63,382 bases of DNA, filler included, from Octopus bimaculoides (GCF_001194135.2; 9 parts of 8 records of this genome joined end to end with filler, not necessarily neighbours in it), one strand, 5' to 3'; positions 25,059-37,431 are shown, counted from the whole stretch's first letter. Numbers and translations are program-made. The notes: generated by a model not told the origin, from the sequence alone.

Positions 25059-25128
<70 letters not shown>
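25058..25128. repeat. (AAT)n microsatellite
   Basis: Perfect trinucleotide run. Confidence 0.95.
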
Positions 25129-26474
25129 GAGGAGAGAATATTTACGAAGTCTAGAATTAGTGTTGCACTCAAAATTGACTGAATGGAATAAAACCCAAGC
25201 AGTAAATACATGGATCGCAGTAAATACATGCATCCCTTCGGATTGGAGCTGGAATCATAAAGTTGAAAACGAAAGAACTGATAAGTATGGATGTGAAAAC
25301 ACGGAAACTGTTGAGAGTGCACGGACAGGTAAATTGAATTGTGCATCATAATTATACTGAATATATATAAGACTAGCTGTTATATTCACGCAAAGTTCGA
25401 ACGGAGGCAGGCGGGAAAATATCAGAGAGCAGTGTACAAAAAAATGGAACAAAATAATTTTCATCAGACACATGAAAATGAAAACCACACGGCTGAATTG
25501 GTCCGTAGGAATATTCAGATGTCTTACCATTGCCCATTTGCAACTTTCACACACACGCACGACGTATACACGCACACACACACATATACATGCACAAACA
25601 CACACACACACACACGAACACACACACATACGATGGCACGCTAAAATAAGAGACACTTAATACATAGAAAGGATGTAGTTTATATAACGATGAAAATAAT
25701 TAGTTGTACAACTTATTCATTTTGCATACATCTCCATATGCCTTCGGTCGTCATATATGCCTTCACAGATGACAAAGAGTTTTTGTAAAAAAGCTACAGG
25801 ATTGAAACATATCCAGTGAGCATTTCGGGAAATATATTAATGGTTACAATTTTTTTCTAAGGAAAAGCCTTTAGTGCATGATTGATAAATCCGGCATCAG
25901 ACCGAGTGAGTTATGCACTGGAGGACATGTTAAGCAGAATCGGCTGACTTTCTTCTCAGTCATTTTACAGAAGCCATTTCAGATCCAAGTAATCAAATCT
26001 AATGATCACAAGTCTATATATCTGATTGTCTGTTACAGGTTGCCTGACAAACTAAACTTACAAAAATGATTACCTAAAAAAGCAAACATCCACAAAACCA
26101 TATATATTTCCATTTACCTCCTGATACTTGATATTTCTATAAACTTTAATTCGATTTATGCATGACTAAAGTTTTTGAATTATATTATGAAATTTTCCTA
26201 AACATGTAAAAAAACTTAGACATCAGTATCCGTCACTTCTTCAAATAATGTCACATCCCTTTTACTGTCATAAAGTTCTGATTGATGTACATACATATCC
26301 ATATGCCTACACGCACTCCGCTCAAACATCTAGGTACACATTCAGATGATTAGCATATTCGCCCATAGACATTCTCTCCAGCACACGTACAAACGCTTTC
26401 CTTTTCTCTCTCTCACACACAGAACACTTTTCCTTTCTCATACACACACGCACACACACACGTGTACATGCACG

Positions 26475-26630
26475 AGGCGTGGCTGCTTTGTACAAGCTTG
26501 TTCCCTAAACACATGGTTCTAGGGTCCATCCCACTGCGTAGCACCTTGGTCAAGAGTCTTCTGCTATAACCTCGGACTGAACAATGCCTTGTGAGTAGAT
26601 TTGGTTAACGGAAACTGAAAGAAGCTTGTC

Positions 26631-26633
<3 letters not shown>
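26475..26633 (+). mobile_element. family A SINE 5' half
   Basis: GGCGTGGCTG...CCCACTGCGTAGCACCTTGG...GGAAACTGAAAGAAGC, followed by (TA)n. Confidence 0.85.
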
Positions 26634-26671
<38 letters not shown>

Positions 26672-27174
26672 CGTATATGTACTTGTGTGTGTTTGTGTGT
26701 GTGTGCGTGCGCGCGCGCGTGTTTGAGAAAGGAAAGGATATCTCATGCACGACATATTCACCGCATCGTTTCGCCTATACAAACTCGCGTACAAACGGAT
26801 CTCTCTTACGTGCATATTCACTTACATACTTGCACACGCATTTACACTTCCACAAAGCGAGCATCCACACACACACACACACATGCACACATTCATGCGC
26901 GCGTACGCTTGCGTGTACACACATGCATTAAAAAAATTGACTAAAGCCACCCTGCTATCCTTCAGACCAGACATCACTGCCCGCCTCCCCATCAAATTCG
27001 ACCTCTCTCTCTCTCTTTACCTGCCCCACAATCACCTTCATCTCGTAACATCCATTGCACACACACACACACACACATATCTTTTTATAAGTACATTGAA
27101 ACATATTTCAAGATTTTTTAAAATTAAATTTCCTTCAACCAAACATCGTGGTTGTCGTCAAGTTCATCATCATC

Positions 27175-27222
27175 GTCGTCATTGTCATCGTCGTCGCCGT
27201 CATCATCATCATCATCATCATT

Positions 27223-27278
<56 letters not shown>

Positions 27279-27310
27279 TATCATCATCATCATCATCATC
27301 ATCAACATCA
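27175..27310. repeat. (ATC)n microsatellite
   Basis: Long CAT run; it is the source of the poly-H/I/S/D/M ORFs in the track. Confidence 0.95.
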
Positions 27311-27469
27311 TCAATGTTATTGTTGTTCTCACTCATGTTAATCATAAGTCTGATTACTTACAATTTGCAATTTTTCTGAATATTTCACCATCTTTCAATT
27401 TCAAAGAGATAATTATCACCGAGGAAGATTGTAATTATTTTTACAAAAAAATATATTTATCGCATACAG

Positions 27470-27547
<78 letters not shown>

Positions 27548-28239
27548 TCACATATGTATGTGTGTGTGTGCTTGAATGTGTGCATAAGTATGTGTGCATG
27601 TATGTATATGCTTTAGTTATGTATTGAACCATCCCATGTTTAAAACAAGAACAAACCTTGTCAAAGGCATAGTTAGAAAGATTAAGGGCGTTGCTTATGA
27701 TGAAAGCCTCTGTTGGTCATTGCACTGAGCGCCACTTGCGGTGCTTTCATCATAAACAATCCATTTGAGCCATATTTTCTGTGAATAAACTTTCCAGTTT
27801 TGGGTTGCCCAGAACTACCCTGGGATTGTTTCTCGTTTTTTAAAGACATGTACCTCACTATTCCACAAAAATTACGCAGAGCATGCTCATATAACCTCTG
27901 CACACAAGCTTTCTCCACATCAGATATACATCATTATTATCATTATCGTTATTTTAATAATTAGCATCAGTGTTATTGTTGTTTCTAATGGTGATTTTAA
28001 TTAAACGGCCAACTACAAATAATGATTTTCAGCATAATCCACAGACTTTCAATTACGAACAGGCAAAAACCGTACATAAAGATTAATTTTTTTTTACAGC
28101 ACACATATGCACATATACATAGACATGCATATATATATANNNNNNNNNNNNNNNNNNNNNNNNNNNNNNNNNNNNNNNNNNNNTTAATTAATTAANNNNN
28201 NNNNNNNNNNNNNNNNNNNNNNNNNNNNNNNNNNNNNNN

Positions 28240-28477
28240 TACACACACATACGTACATACATACATACATACACACATACATACATACATACATGCATAC
28301 ATACATACATACATGCATACATACATACTTACATACATACATACATACATACACACATACATACACACATGCATACACACATACATACATAGATATATAT
28401 ATGCATACATACATACATACATACACACATACATACACACACACATACATACATACATACATACATACATACATACA

Positions 28478-28511
<34 letters not shown>

Positions 28512-28555
28512 AATACATACATACATAAATACATATATACATACATGCATACATA
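28240..28555. repeat. (TACA)n compound microsatellite
   Basis: Degenerate tetranucleotide array. Confidence 0.95.
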
Positions 28556-28556
28556 C

Positions 28557-28830
28557 AGGTTTGGTTGTGTGGTAAGAAGCTTGCTTCTCAACCACCTGCG
28601 TGGTACCTTGGATGAATGTCTTCTACTATGGCCTTGGGCTGAGCAAAGCCCTATGAGTGGATTTGACAGATGAAAAGTGAAAGAAGCTCGTCGTATATAT
28701 GTATATACACATATGTGTGTCTTTGTGTCTGTTTGTCTGTAATTTAGCGGTTCGGTAAAAGACACCGATAGAATAAGTAGTAGGCTTTAAATAAAAGTAC
28801 TGGGGTAACATAGTTCGACTAAAAATTCCT
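28557..28830 (+). mobile_element. family A SINE, internally deleted
   Basis: Head, CORE-like part, TA/TG spacer and CGGTTCGGTAAAAGACACCGATAGAATAAGTA are present. Confidence 0.8.
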
Positions 28831-28842
28831 GAAAATAGCAGA

Positions 28843-28874
<32 letters not shown>

Positions 28875-28876
28875 CA

Positions 28877-28965
<89 letters not shown>

Positions 28966-29483
28966 TCTTTCTTTTGTCTTTTACTTGTTTCAGTCATTAG
29001 ATTGCGGCCTTGCTGCGGTACCACCTTGGAGAATTTTTAGTCGAATGAATCGACCCCAGTTATTTTTTCTTTTCTATTTTTTAAGCCTGATCCTTGTTTT
29101 ATCGATCTCTTGGGCCGAACCGCTAGGTTACGATGACATAAACACTACCCACACCGTTTGTCAAGCGGGGTGGTGGAGGGACAAACACAGACACAAAGAC
29201 GCAAAAATATTTGTCCCCCTTCACCGCTTGACAACCGGTTTGGGTAGTGTCTATATGTATGTCCATTGCACTAAAGTTCTCCCTAGAGGTAAGACAAAAA
29301 GTTTTATATTCGCTGCCCGCACACATCTCTGCTTCTATGCATTCAGTGGAGCTTTACCTAGCACCGAACGGTTATCGACTGCTATTTCCAGCAAATAACG
29401 GTATTTCGTGTACCACTACTTCATATATATGTAGTGTAGTATAGTTTCAGTTGTAGTATGATATAGTATAATGTGCTGAAATA

Positions 29484-30077
29484 AAAACTGGCTCTCCGTC
29501 GGTTAGGACGACGAGAGGTCTAGTTGATTTGATCAACGGAACAGACTGTTCGTGAAATTAACGTGTAGATGGCTGAGCACTCCACAGACAGAATGTGACA
29601 AGGCTGGCCTTTGTAATACAAGTACAACTCATTTTTGCCAGCTGAGTGGACTGGGGCAACATGAAATAAAGTGTCTTACTCAACAACACAACGTACAGCC
29701 GAAAATCGAACACACAACCTTAAAATTGTGAACTGAATACACTGGCACTCCGTCGGTTACGATGAGGAATGTTCCAGTTCATTCGGCCAACGGAAGATCC
29801 TGTTCGTGAAACTAACGTGCAATTGGCTGAGTGCTCCACAGAACTCGCGTGCCTCTAATATAGTTCTCAGGGACATTCAGCATGACATAGAATGTGACAC
29901 GGCTGGCCCTTCGAATTAAAGATACAACTCATTTTTGCCAGCTTAGTGAACTGGAGCAACGAGAAATAAAGTGTAATAAAGTGTCCTGCTCAAGGACACA
30001 ATGCCCACCCGGGAATCGAGCTCCAGACCTTACGATCATGAGCTGAATACCCTAACCAGTAAGCCACGTACCTTCAC
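29484..30077 (-). mobile_element. dimeric SINE (CORE-like + family C-type 3' body, two units)
   Basis: Units at about 29487-29740 and 29741-30077 both start ACTGGC(T/A)CTCCGTCGGTTA. They are flanked by TAATGTGCT(G/A)AAATA at 29469-29483 and 30078-30092. Confidence 0.75.
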
Positions 30078-30104
30078 TAATGTGCTAAAATAGAGATCTC
30101 TAAT

Positions 30105-30487
30105 TGTTGTTGGCACTCCGTCGCTTACGACGTCGAGGGTTCCAGTTGATCCGATCAACGGAACAGCCTGCTCGTGAAATTAACGTGCATATGGCTGAGC
30201 ACTCCACAGACACGTACCCTTAACGTAGTTCTCGGGGATATTCAGCGTGACACAGTGTGACAAGGCTGACCCCTTTGAATTACAGGTACAACAGAAACAG
30301 GAAGAAAGAGTGAGAGAAAGTTGTGGTGAAAGAGTACAACAGGGTTCGCCACCATCCCCTGCCGGAGCCTCGTGGAACTTTAGGCGTTTTCGCTCAATAA
30401 ACACTCACAACGCCCGGTCTGGGAATCGAAACCGCGATCCTATAACCGCGAGTCCGCTGTCCTAACCACTGGGCCATTGCGCCTCTT
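30105..30487 (-). mobile_element. young full-length SINE, family C
   Basis: tRNA head GAGGCGCAATGGCCCAGTGGTTAG, (CAA)n tail, and 12-bp TSD GAGATCTCTAAT at 30093-30104 and 30488-30499. Confidence 0.93.
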
Positions 30488-30940
30488 GAGATCTCTAATA
30501 AACAGCTGAGAAAGATAATGTCCCGTTGTAGAAGATACATGCAACAGTTTAGCATAGACGCATATATCTAACCATTATAAATAAATATCGAACGATTTAT
30601 CAATAGCGTTTATTAAATTTACAAATATATCAGTCTGTGTTTTAAGTGATGCGTTTATATTTGTATCCACATATATATGTGCGTGTATGTGTGCGAGTCT
30701 CTGTGTGTGTATAAGTGGTTGTAAATGTGCATATAAGTGTGGGTATTGGTGTATGCATCTGTATGTGTGCGTGTGCCCCCGTTTGTCAAGGTCTTCTGCT
30801 TAAACAACACCTGCATGCATTGTCGGATAGCCGAATATTTAGCTGAGCAAGAAAGCTTTTATTTAATCCGGGAACTGAGCAAAAATGTCAGGTGCAGCAC
30901 TACTGTTTTCCTTCCTCCCTCTCTCTTTCTCTCTCTCTCA

Positions 30941-30989
<49 letters not shown>

Positions 30990-31678
30990 TGATATGCAAT
31001 ACAGACACGCTCACACACATATACACATATTCACACACGATCACATTTCTGATGTTTTCTCCACGTCTGTGTGAGCATTTCTCTTTCTTCACCTCTCACC
31101 ACCCTATACTTGTGTGTGTATGTGTGTGTGTCTGTCTGTGTCTGTCTGTGTCTATGTCAGTGTCTGTGTGTCTGTGTCACTGTCTGCGCGTGTGTGTGTA
31201 TCTGTGTGTGTCTGTGTGTCTGTGTGTGTTTGTGTGTGTGTGGTGTAGTGTAATATATGGATTCAGTGAATCATGTGGCTATCACGGAAAGCTCTTCGAA
31301 GTGTACACGGCTAGCAGACCACATAGTAATCCAATACGGAGGAGTATAATCCAGGTTTTAAGTGAATTGGACCGATTTGTTCAACATGGGCTCCGCACCA
31401 ATAGAGGACCCCGCGCACACGTTCGAGCGGAAGACGCTATTATGAATAAAACATTTCCTAATGTTTTTATTGCTTTGAGCATTTACTTAATGCCTGCATC
31501 AGGTGAAAAAAGTTTTTTTTTAAACTAAAACTTATTAAAATATAGGCGCAGGCATGGCTGTGTGGTAAGAAGCTAGCTTCCCAACGACATAGTTCTGGGT
31601 TCAGTCCCACTGCATGGCACCTTCGGCAAGTGTCATCTACTATAGCCTAGGGCCCTCGGGCCGATCAAAGCCTTGTGA

Positions 31679-31714
<36 letters not shown>

Positions 31715-31813
31715 NNNNNNNNNNNNNNNNNNNNNNNNNNNNNNNNNNNNNNNNNNNNTTAATTAATTAANNNNNNNNNNNNNNNNNNNNNNNNNNNNNN
31801 NNNNNNNNNNNNN

Positions 31814-32150
31814 NCTATAAAACGTTTTAAAATTTTGTAAACAGAGAGTTACTTACGTTTCTTGCATAAATAAAAGGAATTTTATTTAACAAACTGTGAC
31901 ACTAAGGACCTAGGTTTCCGTGGTCTTTTCGTAGGTTTTTCTTTCCACGGATAACCTCCCCATTTATTGGGAATTTTCTGTATTATTTCATATTTTTTGT
32001 AAATACCCCAAACGTTTTGCGATTTTTTTTCCATCGTTGTCCCCACTTTTGTTTTTTTTTTCTGCTTTGTTTTCGACCCCCTCGAAAAGAAAAAACTCTA
32101 CATTTGTATTTTGTCCCCTCTGTGTTGAGCCCTGTGTGGCTAATAAAGAA
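31814..32150 (+). mobile_element. L1/Tx1-like LINE 3' UTR
   Basis: Ends GAGCCCTGTGTGGCTAATAAAGAAA, the same terminus as at about 44222-44248 (which follows an L1/Tx1 ORF2 end) and about 38110-38135. Confidence 0.6.
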
Positions 32151-32152
32151 AC

Positions 32153-32190
<38 letters not shown>

Positions 32191-32287
32191 CTACGTTATT
32201 TATTGATCTATTTATACATATTTTAATACTTTTCTTATCAATCGATCGACAATCAAGCATAAGATCATTCACTATCTCAATCAGTTT

Positions 32288-32333
<46 letters not shown>

Positions 32334-32979
32334 TGATTCTATTTATATCCGTGTCTCGAATGTGTATATGTGTGTGTGCTCGAGCACGTGCAAAATGCTC
32401 CGACTATAGCAATGAATAGCGGTTCGCACTCTGTTTGTGGTTTGGAAACATTTGAATCCTGACTTGTAATGAACTTGAAGTTGGAAAACCAACAGTAGCC
32501 GCCTATTTAAGTGGATTTAAAGAACTGTTTTCAGGCATGGCTTTGTGGTTAAGAATTTCTCTTTGCAACCATGAGGTTTCGGGTGCAATCCCACAGCGCG
32601 GTATCTTGGGCAAGTGTTTTTTATTATATATACGCACGCAGAGAACTTTGAAATTTTTGGTCTGGTATCCAGATGTGCATTTAGCCTACAAGTATAGGCT
32701 GAAACCTAAACCGTGGCAAAGGCTACAAAACCCAGGAGATGGAGAGTTCTATGTAGTTGTGATCAGTCCTAGACAGCCTAGAAGCTCTCACTGTTGATCC
32801 TCGAAAATATTTAGTATACAACATCTGGAGCAGAGAAAGAGGGGCCTGCATCATCAATGCGCTGGTATTCATTTGCAGATGTGTAAACTGGAGCAACATG
32901 AAATGACATGCTATGCTCAATAACACGACTCACAGCCCGGACAGAGGACCTTCATCTTCAGTAACCACTAGGCCACGCA

Positions 32980-33019
<40 letters not shown>

Positions 33020-33033
33020 TCTTTATATATATA

Positions 33034-33260
33034 TACTCTTTTACTCTTTTACTTGTTTCAGTCTTTTGACTGTGGCCATGCTGGAGCACCGCCTTTTAGT
33101 CGAGCAAATCGACCCCAGGACTTATTCTTTTAGAAGCCTAGTACTTATTCTATCGATCTCTTGTGCCGAACCGCTAAGTTACGGGGACATAAACACACCA
33201 GCATCGGTTGTCAAGCGATGTTGGAGGGACAAACAGACACATACAAACATACACACACAC

Positions 33261-33329
<69 letters not shown>

Positions 33330-33489
33330 TACGACGGGCTTCTTTCAATTTCCGTCTACCAAATCCACTCACAAGGCTTTGGTCGGCCCGAGGTAATAGT
33401 AGAAGACACTTGCCCAAGATGCCGCGCAGTGGGACTGAACCCGGGACCATGTGGTTGGTAAGTTAGCTACTTACCACACAGCCACTCCT
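33034..33489 (-). mobile_element. full-length family A SINE (tRNA head + CORE-like + internal (TA)/(TG) microsatellite + Meta-like + TAAAAGAG tail)
   Basis: All modules are intact and CpGs are retained; it is collinear with 52447-52853. Confidence 0.93.
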
Positions 33490-33693
33490 ACGCCTATATA
33501 TAATAACATAAATAATATATAAATATATGCATATATCCATGCATATATGTGCATACCTACAGTTATAAGTATACATACATGCATATACGGGTACAGGACA
33601 TCACAAACAACGTTAAACACAGTGAGAAACGGAAAAAAACAGAAACGAGACATGCAACATAAAGAATATTTCCCTTCTTCAGTTGTCCCTGTT

Positions 33694-33742
<49 letters not shown>

Positions 33743-34080
33743 TAAGTACACACACACACACACATCTGTATGCATGTATGTATGTAATCTTTAACTTGTT
33801 TCAGCCATTAGACGGCGGCCAGGCTGGAGCACCACCTTGAATTTTGTTATCGAATGAATCGACCCGAGTACTTATTTATTTTTTCAAGTCTGGTACTTAT
33901 TCTATCCGTCTTTTTTTGCCGAAACGCTAGGTTACGGGGACGCAAACACACCAACACTGCTTGTCAAAGAGTGATGGGGGAAAATACAGACAGAAAGACA
34001 CGCACACACACACACGCGCGCATATGTATTGATGCATGTATGTATTTATGTATGTGTGTATTTGTAAATGTTATTATCAT

Positions 34081-34630
34081 TATGGCCTAGTGGTTAGGGT
34101 ATTGTACACTCACGATCACAAGATCGTGGTTTCAGTTACTAGGCCGGATTGTGCTTTGTGTTCTTGTGCAAAATACATCATCACACGTTGCTCTGCGGTC
34201 ACTTCAACACCTGACGTGTGGTACACCATGCATCTGCTCAAGAAACATCGACTTGATGGAGAGTGTGAGCTAATGTGCGGCACGAACATTTGTTGTTGTT
34301 GTTTGGTCCTTCTTAAGCCATGCCTGGCTCATAAGGGCCGGTTTCCCGGTTTCATTGGCGTATAGGTTCCGCACCTGGACGGGACCCCGGTCCGTCGCAA
34401 GTGAGCTGCTAGATGTAGGAGAAAAGCGTAAAGGAAATTTGTTGCGAAAGTGTCAGCAGAAGTTCGCCATTATCTTCTGTTGGAACCGCGTGGAGCTTAG
34501 TTGTTTCGCTCATAAACACACACATCTCCCGGTCTGAGATTCGAACCCGCGATTCCCTCGACCTCGTGTCCGCTGCTCTAACCACTAGGCCATGTGCCTC
34601 CACGAACATTTGATCGCAATAAACAAATCA
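34081..34630 (+). mobile_element. older tRNA/CORE-like SINE interrupted by a nested SINE
   Basis: Head ATGGCCTAGTGGTTAGGG...GGTTTCAGT. The sequence resumes after the duplicated CACGAACATTTG. Confidence 0.65.
34293..34600 (-). mobile_element. SINE with family C head/middle and V-domain-like 3' body
   Basis: 12-bp TSD CACGAACATTTG at 34281-34292 and 34601-34612. Minus strand TGCGACGGACCGGGGTCCCGTCCAGGTG resembles the V-SINE core; (CAA)n tail. Confidence 0.85.
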
Positions 34631-34723
34631 TTTTGCAGGTCATTTCGGCAAATACCGAACACTCATACGTCGTCTTCGACGGGAGAGTCCATTGTTATTT
34701 TCATTACTAGCAACAGAAGCAGT

Positions 34724-35087
34724 TGTTGTTGGCACTCCGTCGCTTACGACGTCGAGGGAACAGCCTGCTCGTGAAATTAACGTGCAAGTGGTTGAGCACT
34801 CCACACACACGTGTACCCTTAACGTAGTTCTCGGGGATATTCAGCGTGACACAGTGTGACAAGGCTGACCCTTTGAATTACAGGCACAACAGAAACTCAG
34901 GAAGTAAGAGTGAGAGAAAGTTGTGGTGAAAGAGTACAGCAGGGTTCGCCACCATCCCCTGTCGGAGCCTCGTGGAGTTTTAGGTGTTTTCACTCAATAA
35001 ACACTCACAACGCCCAGTCTGGGAATCGAAACCGCAATCCTATGACCGTGAGTCAGCTGCCCTAACCACTGGGCCATTGCGCCTCCA
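34724..35087 (-). mobile_element. young family C SINE with short internal deletion
   Basis: 13-bp TSD CAACAGAAGCAGT at 34711-34723 and 35088-35100. It lacks the TTCCAGTTGATCCGATCAACGG segment present in the 30105 copy. Confidence 0.93.
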
Positions 35088-35769
35088 CAACAGAAGCAGT
35101 ATTAATACCAAAAAACAATTTTATCTCCAACTTAACGCAGGTGTTTCCATAGAACACCGAATACTGTGGTATTTGCCTTAAAAGTTTCTCTCATATAGCG
35201 CATGGTGCAGAAAATTACACGTGTTTATATTGTTGGCAACGAAAGGACCGTCTACTATGGGCGCCGGAACTTCGAGATCACGTGATTCCGACTTACTACA
35301 TCTTCTCATTGGCAGGTGCCAGCTCGCTGTATACCAGCCAAATGTGACTGCCAACAACATTTAAAAATTCCAGTTATTTTTCAGGCGCTGATGTCGTAAA
35401 TAGCCAGCAGACGTATTAAAAAATTATTATTATCGTCATAAGCAATATTGATAACAAAAGGCAATCTTTCCTATCCAGTGGATGTTTTCGTAATATTTGG
35501 CGCTCTAACAATGTGTGTGTGTGTGTAAGTGTGTATAGAAAGAGTGTGTTTATAGAAAGAGTGTGTGTATAGAAAGAGTATGTGTATAGAAAGAGAGACA
35601 GAGTGAGACGAAGAGAGAGAATGAGAGTGGGAGATGCTGAAATAAGTAAGAAGACTATTTCCAGCGCCATCACTCTGAACATCAAAACTAGAAGAACACT
35701 TCCAACTCGCCCCCTCTCTATGCCACCATTTCTTCTGTTTCCCTAATGCTGTTATTGTTCTTTTCGTGA

Positions 35770-35949
35770 TTGGTAGTTTTTGTTGTTGTTGTTGGTGTTG
35801 TTGTAGCTGCTGCTGCTGCTTCTACAGCGGACTTGCAACCGGTAGATGATGATGATGACGATGATGGTGATGATGACGATGTCGATGATGGCGATGATGG
35901 TGATAACAGTGGTGGTGGTGGTGGTGGTGATGGTGTTGATGAAAAATGT

Positions 35950-35982
<33 letters not shown>

Positions 35983-36076
35983 GTAATAATAATAACACTA
36001 ATAATAATAATAATAAGAAGAAGAAGAAGAAGAAAAAGAAGAAGAAGAAGAAGAAGAAGAAGAAGAAGAAGAAGAA

Positions 36077-36113
<37 letters not shown>

Positions 36114-36375
36114 GTGATGATTTAATGAATTGATGATGTTCAGGTGATGTAATGTGTCACTCTAGACAGGACTGAACGGAAGCAGTATGGTGTGCAACGG
36201 CGAGAGTGGGCGGGGCAGCTTTATGTTTAAAAGTATTGGCAGTAATTATTGTTGTTGTTGTTGTCGTTATTGTCACTGCTGATGCGGTTTTTGGTCCTGC
36301 TGTTGCTGTTGTTATATTTGATGATGACGATGATGATGATGATGATGATGACGACGACGACGACGACGACGACGA

Positions 36376-36442
<67 letters not shown>

Positions 36443-36443
36443 G

Positions 36444-36484
<41 letters not shown>
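35770..36484. repeat. compound trinucleotide microsatellite field (GTT/GCT, GAT, GGT, AAT, AAG, GAC, ATC)
   Basis: Successive trinucleotide runs, seen directly. Confidence 0.95.
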
Positions 36485-36485
<1 letters not shown>

Positions 36486-37387
36486 CCATCTTCATGAGGA
36501 GAAGGACGATGACGTTTGTAGTGATAATTACAATGATGGTGAACCGTTCGAAGAATTTTAGAATGCCTCTATTCAATTTTAGCAGTGCTTCGTCCATAAA
36601 TACTGGCTGTTTGAATTTGCCTGAACCATTTTCTTCGCAAAAGACGACGAAGAAATAGACAAACGAAATCAAACATAAATGAAATACTATCTCATTAGCA
36701 AAAAAAAAAGGGGGGGTGTCTTTGCATCAAATTGCGAGAAATGTGATGATTACTAATGCGAATATAAAATCTGAAATATCTCAAAGCTGGAGTGAAAATG
36801 AAAGTATAATGGTTTCGAGAATTAAGCTTGTACGAATAACACTCTTACTTTCTTAAAATTATCTCCCTTTTTCTTTGGTAGTCACTGACAATTACTGGTA
36901 GTTTGTTTTGTTTTCTTTCCTCAAATGTGTTGGAAATTTCAATAAATAAAAACCATTTTTGTATTCGAAATATATTTAGTTTAGCTTCTTTACATAATGA
37001 GTTCAAATCCTGCTTAAACAACTTCCATATTAACAACATCACTACAACGAACTTCAGCACTCAGTCGTTGAGGAATTTTATGCAACCGAATGACCTAGAA
37101 GAAACGGTTGCCAAATTTTCTCAAATGCGCTCTTTTTTCTTAAGGAAGACGACACACATTGAACCAAGCAAGTAGTCAGTAATATATAAAAGGGTATTTT
37201 GAACGAATGGTCACGTCTGGAAACATTGAATAATGTGAGTCCTACGACCGAAATACTTCTTGTCAAAGGTTTACTCAATCACTGATGACCTGGCGCTAAA
37301 CAATAATGATCCTATAATTATTTGTTAATTAATTGAATATATAACTAATAAATTGAACATATATGTATACACACACATACGAACGCG

Positions 37388-37431
<44 letters not shown>

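Noticed and set aside
27697-27729. C/D-box snoRNA (ATGATGA...CTGA) or SECIS reading of the hairpin
   Set aside because: The C-to-D distance is only about 30 nt with no second box pair, and there is no 3' GA for a SECIS quartet.
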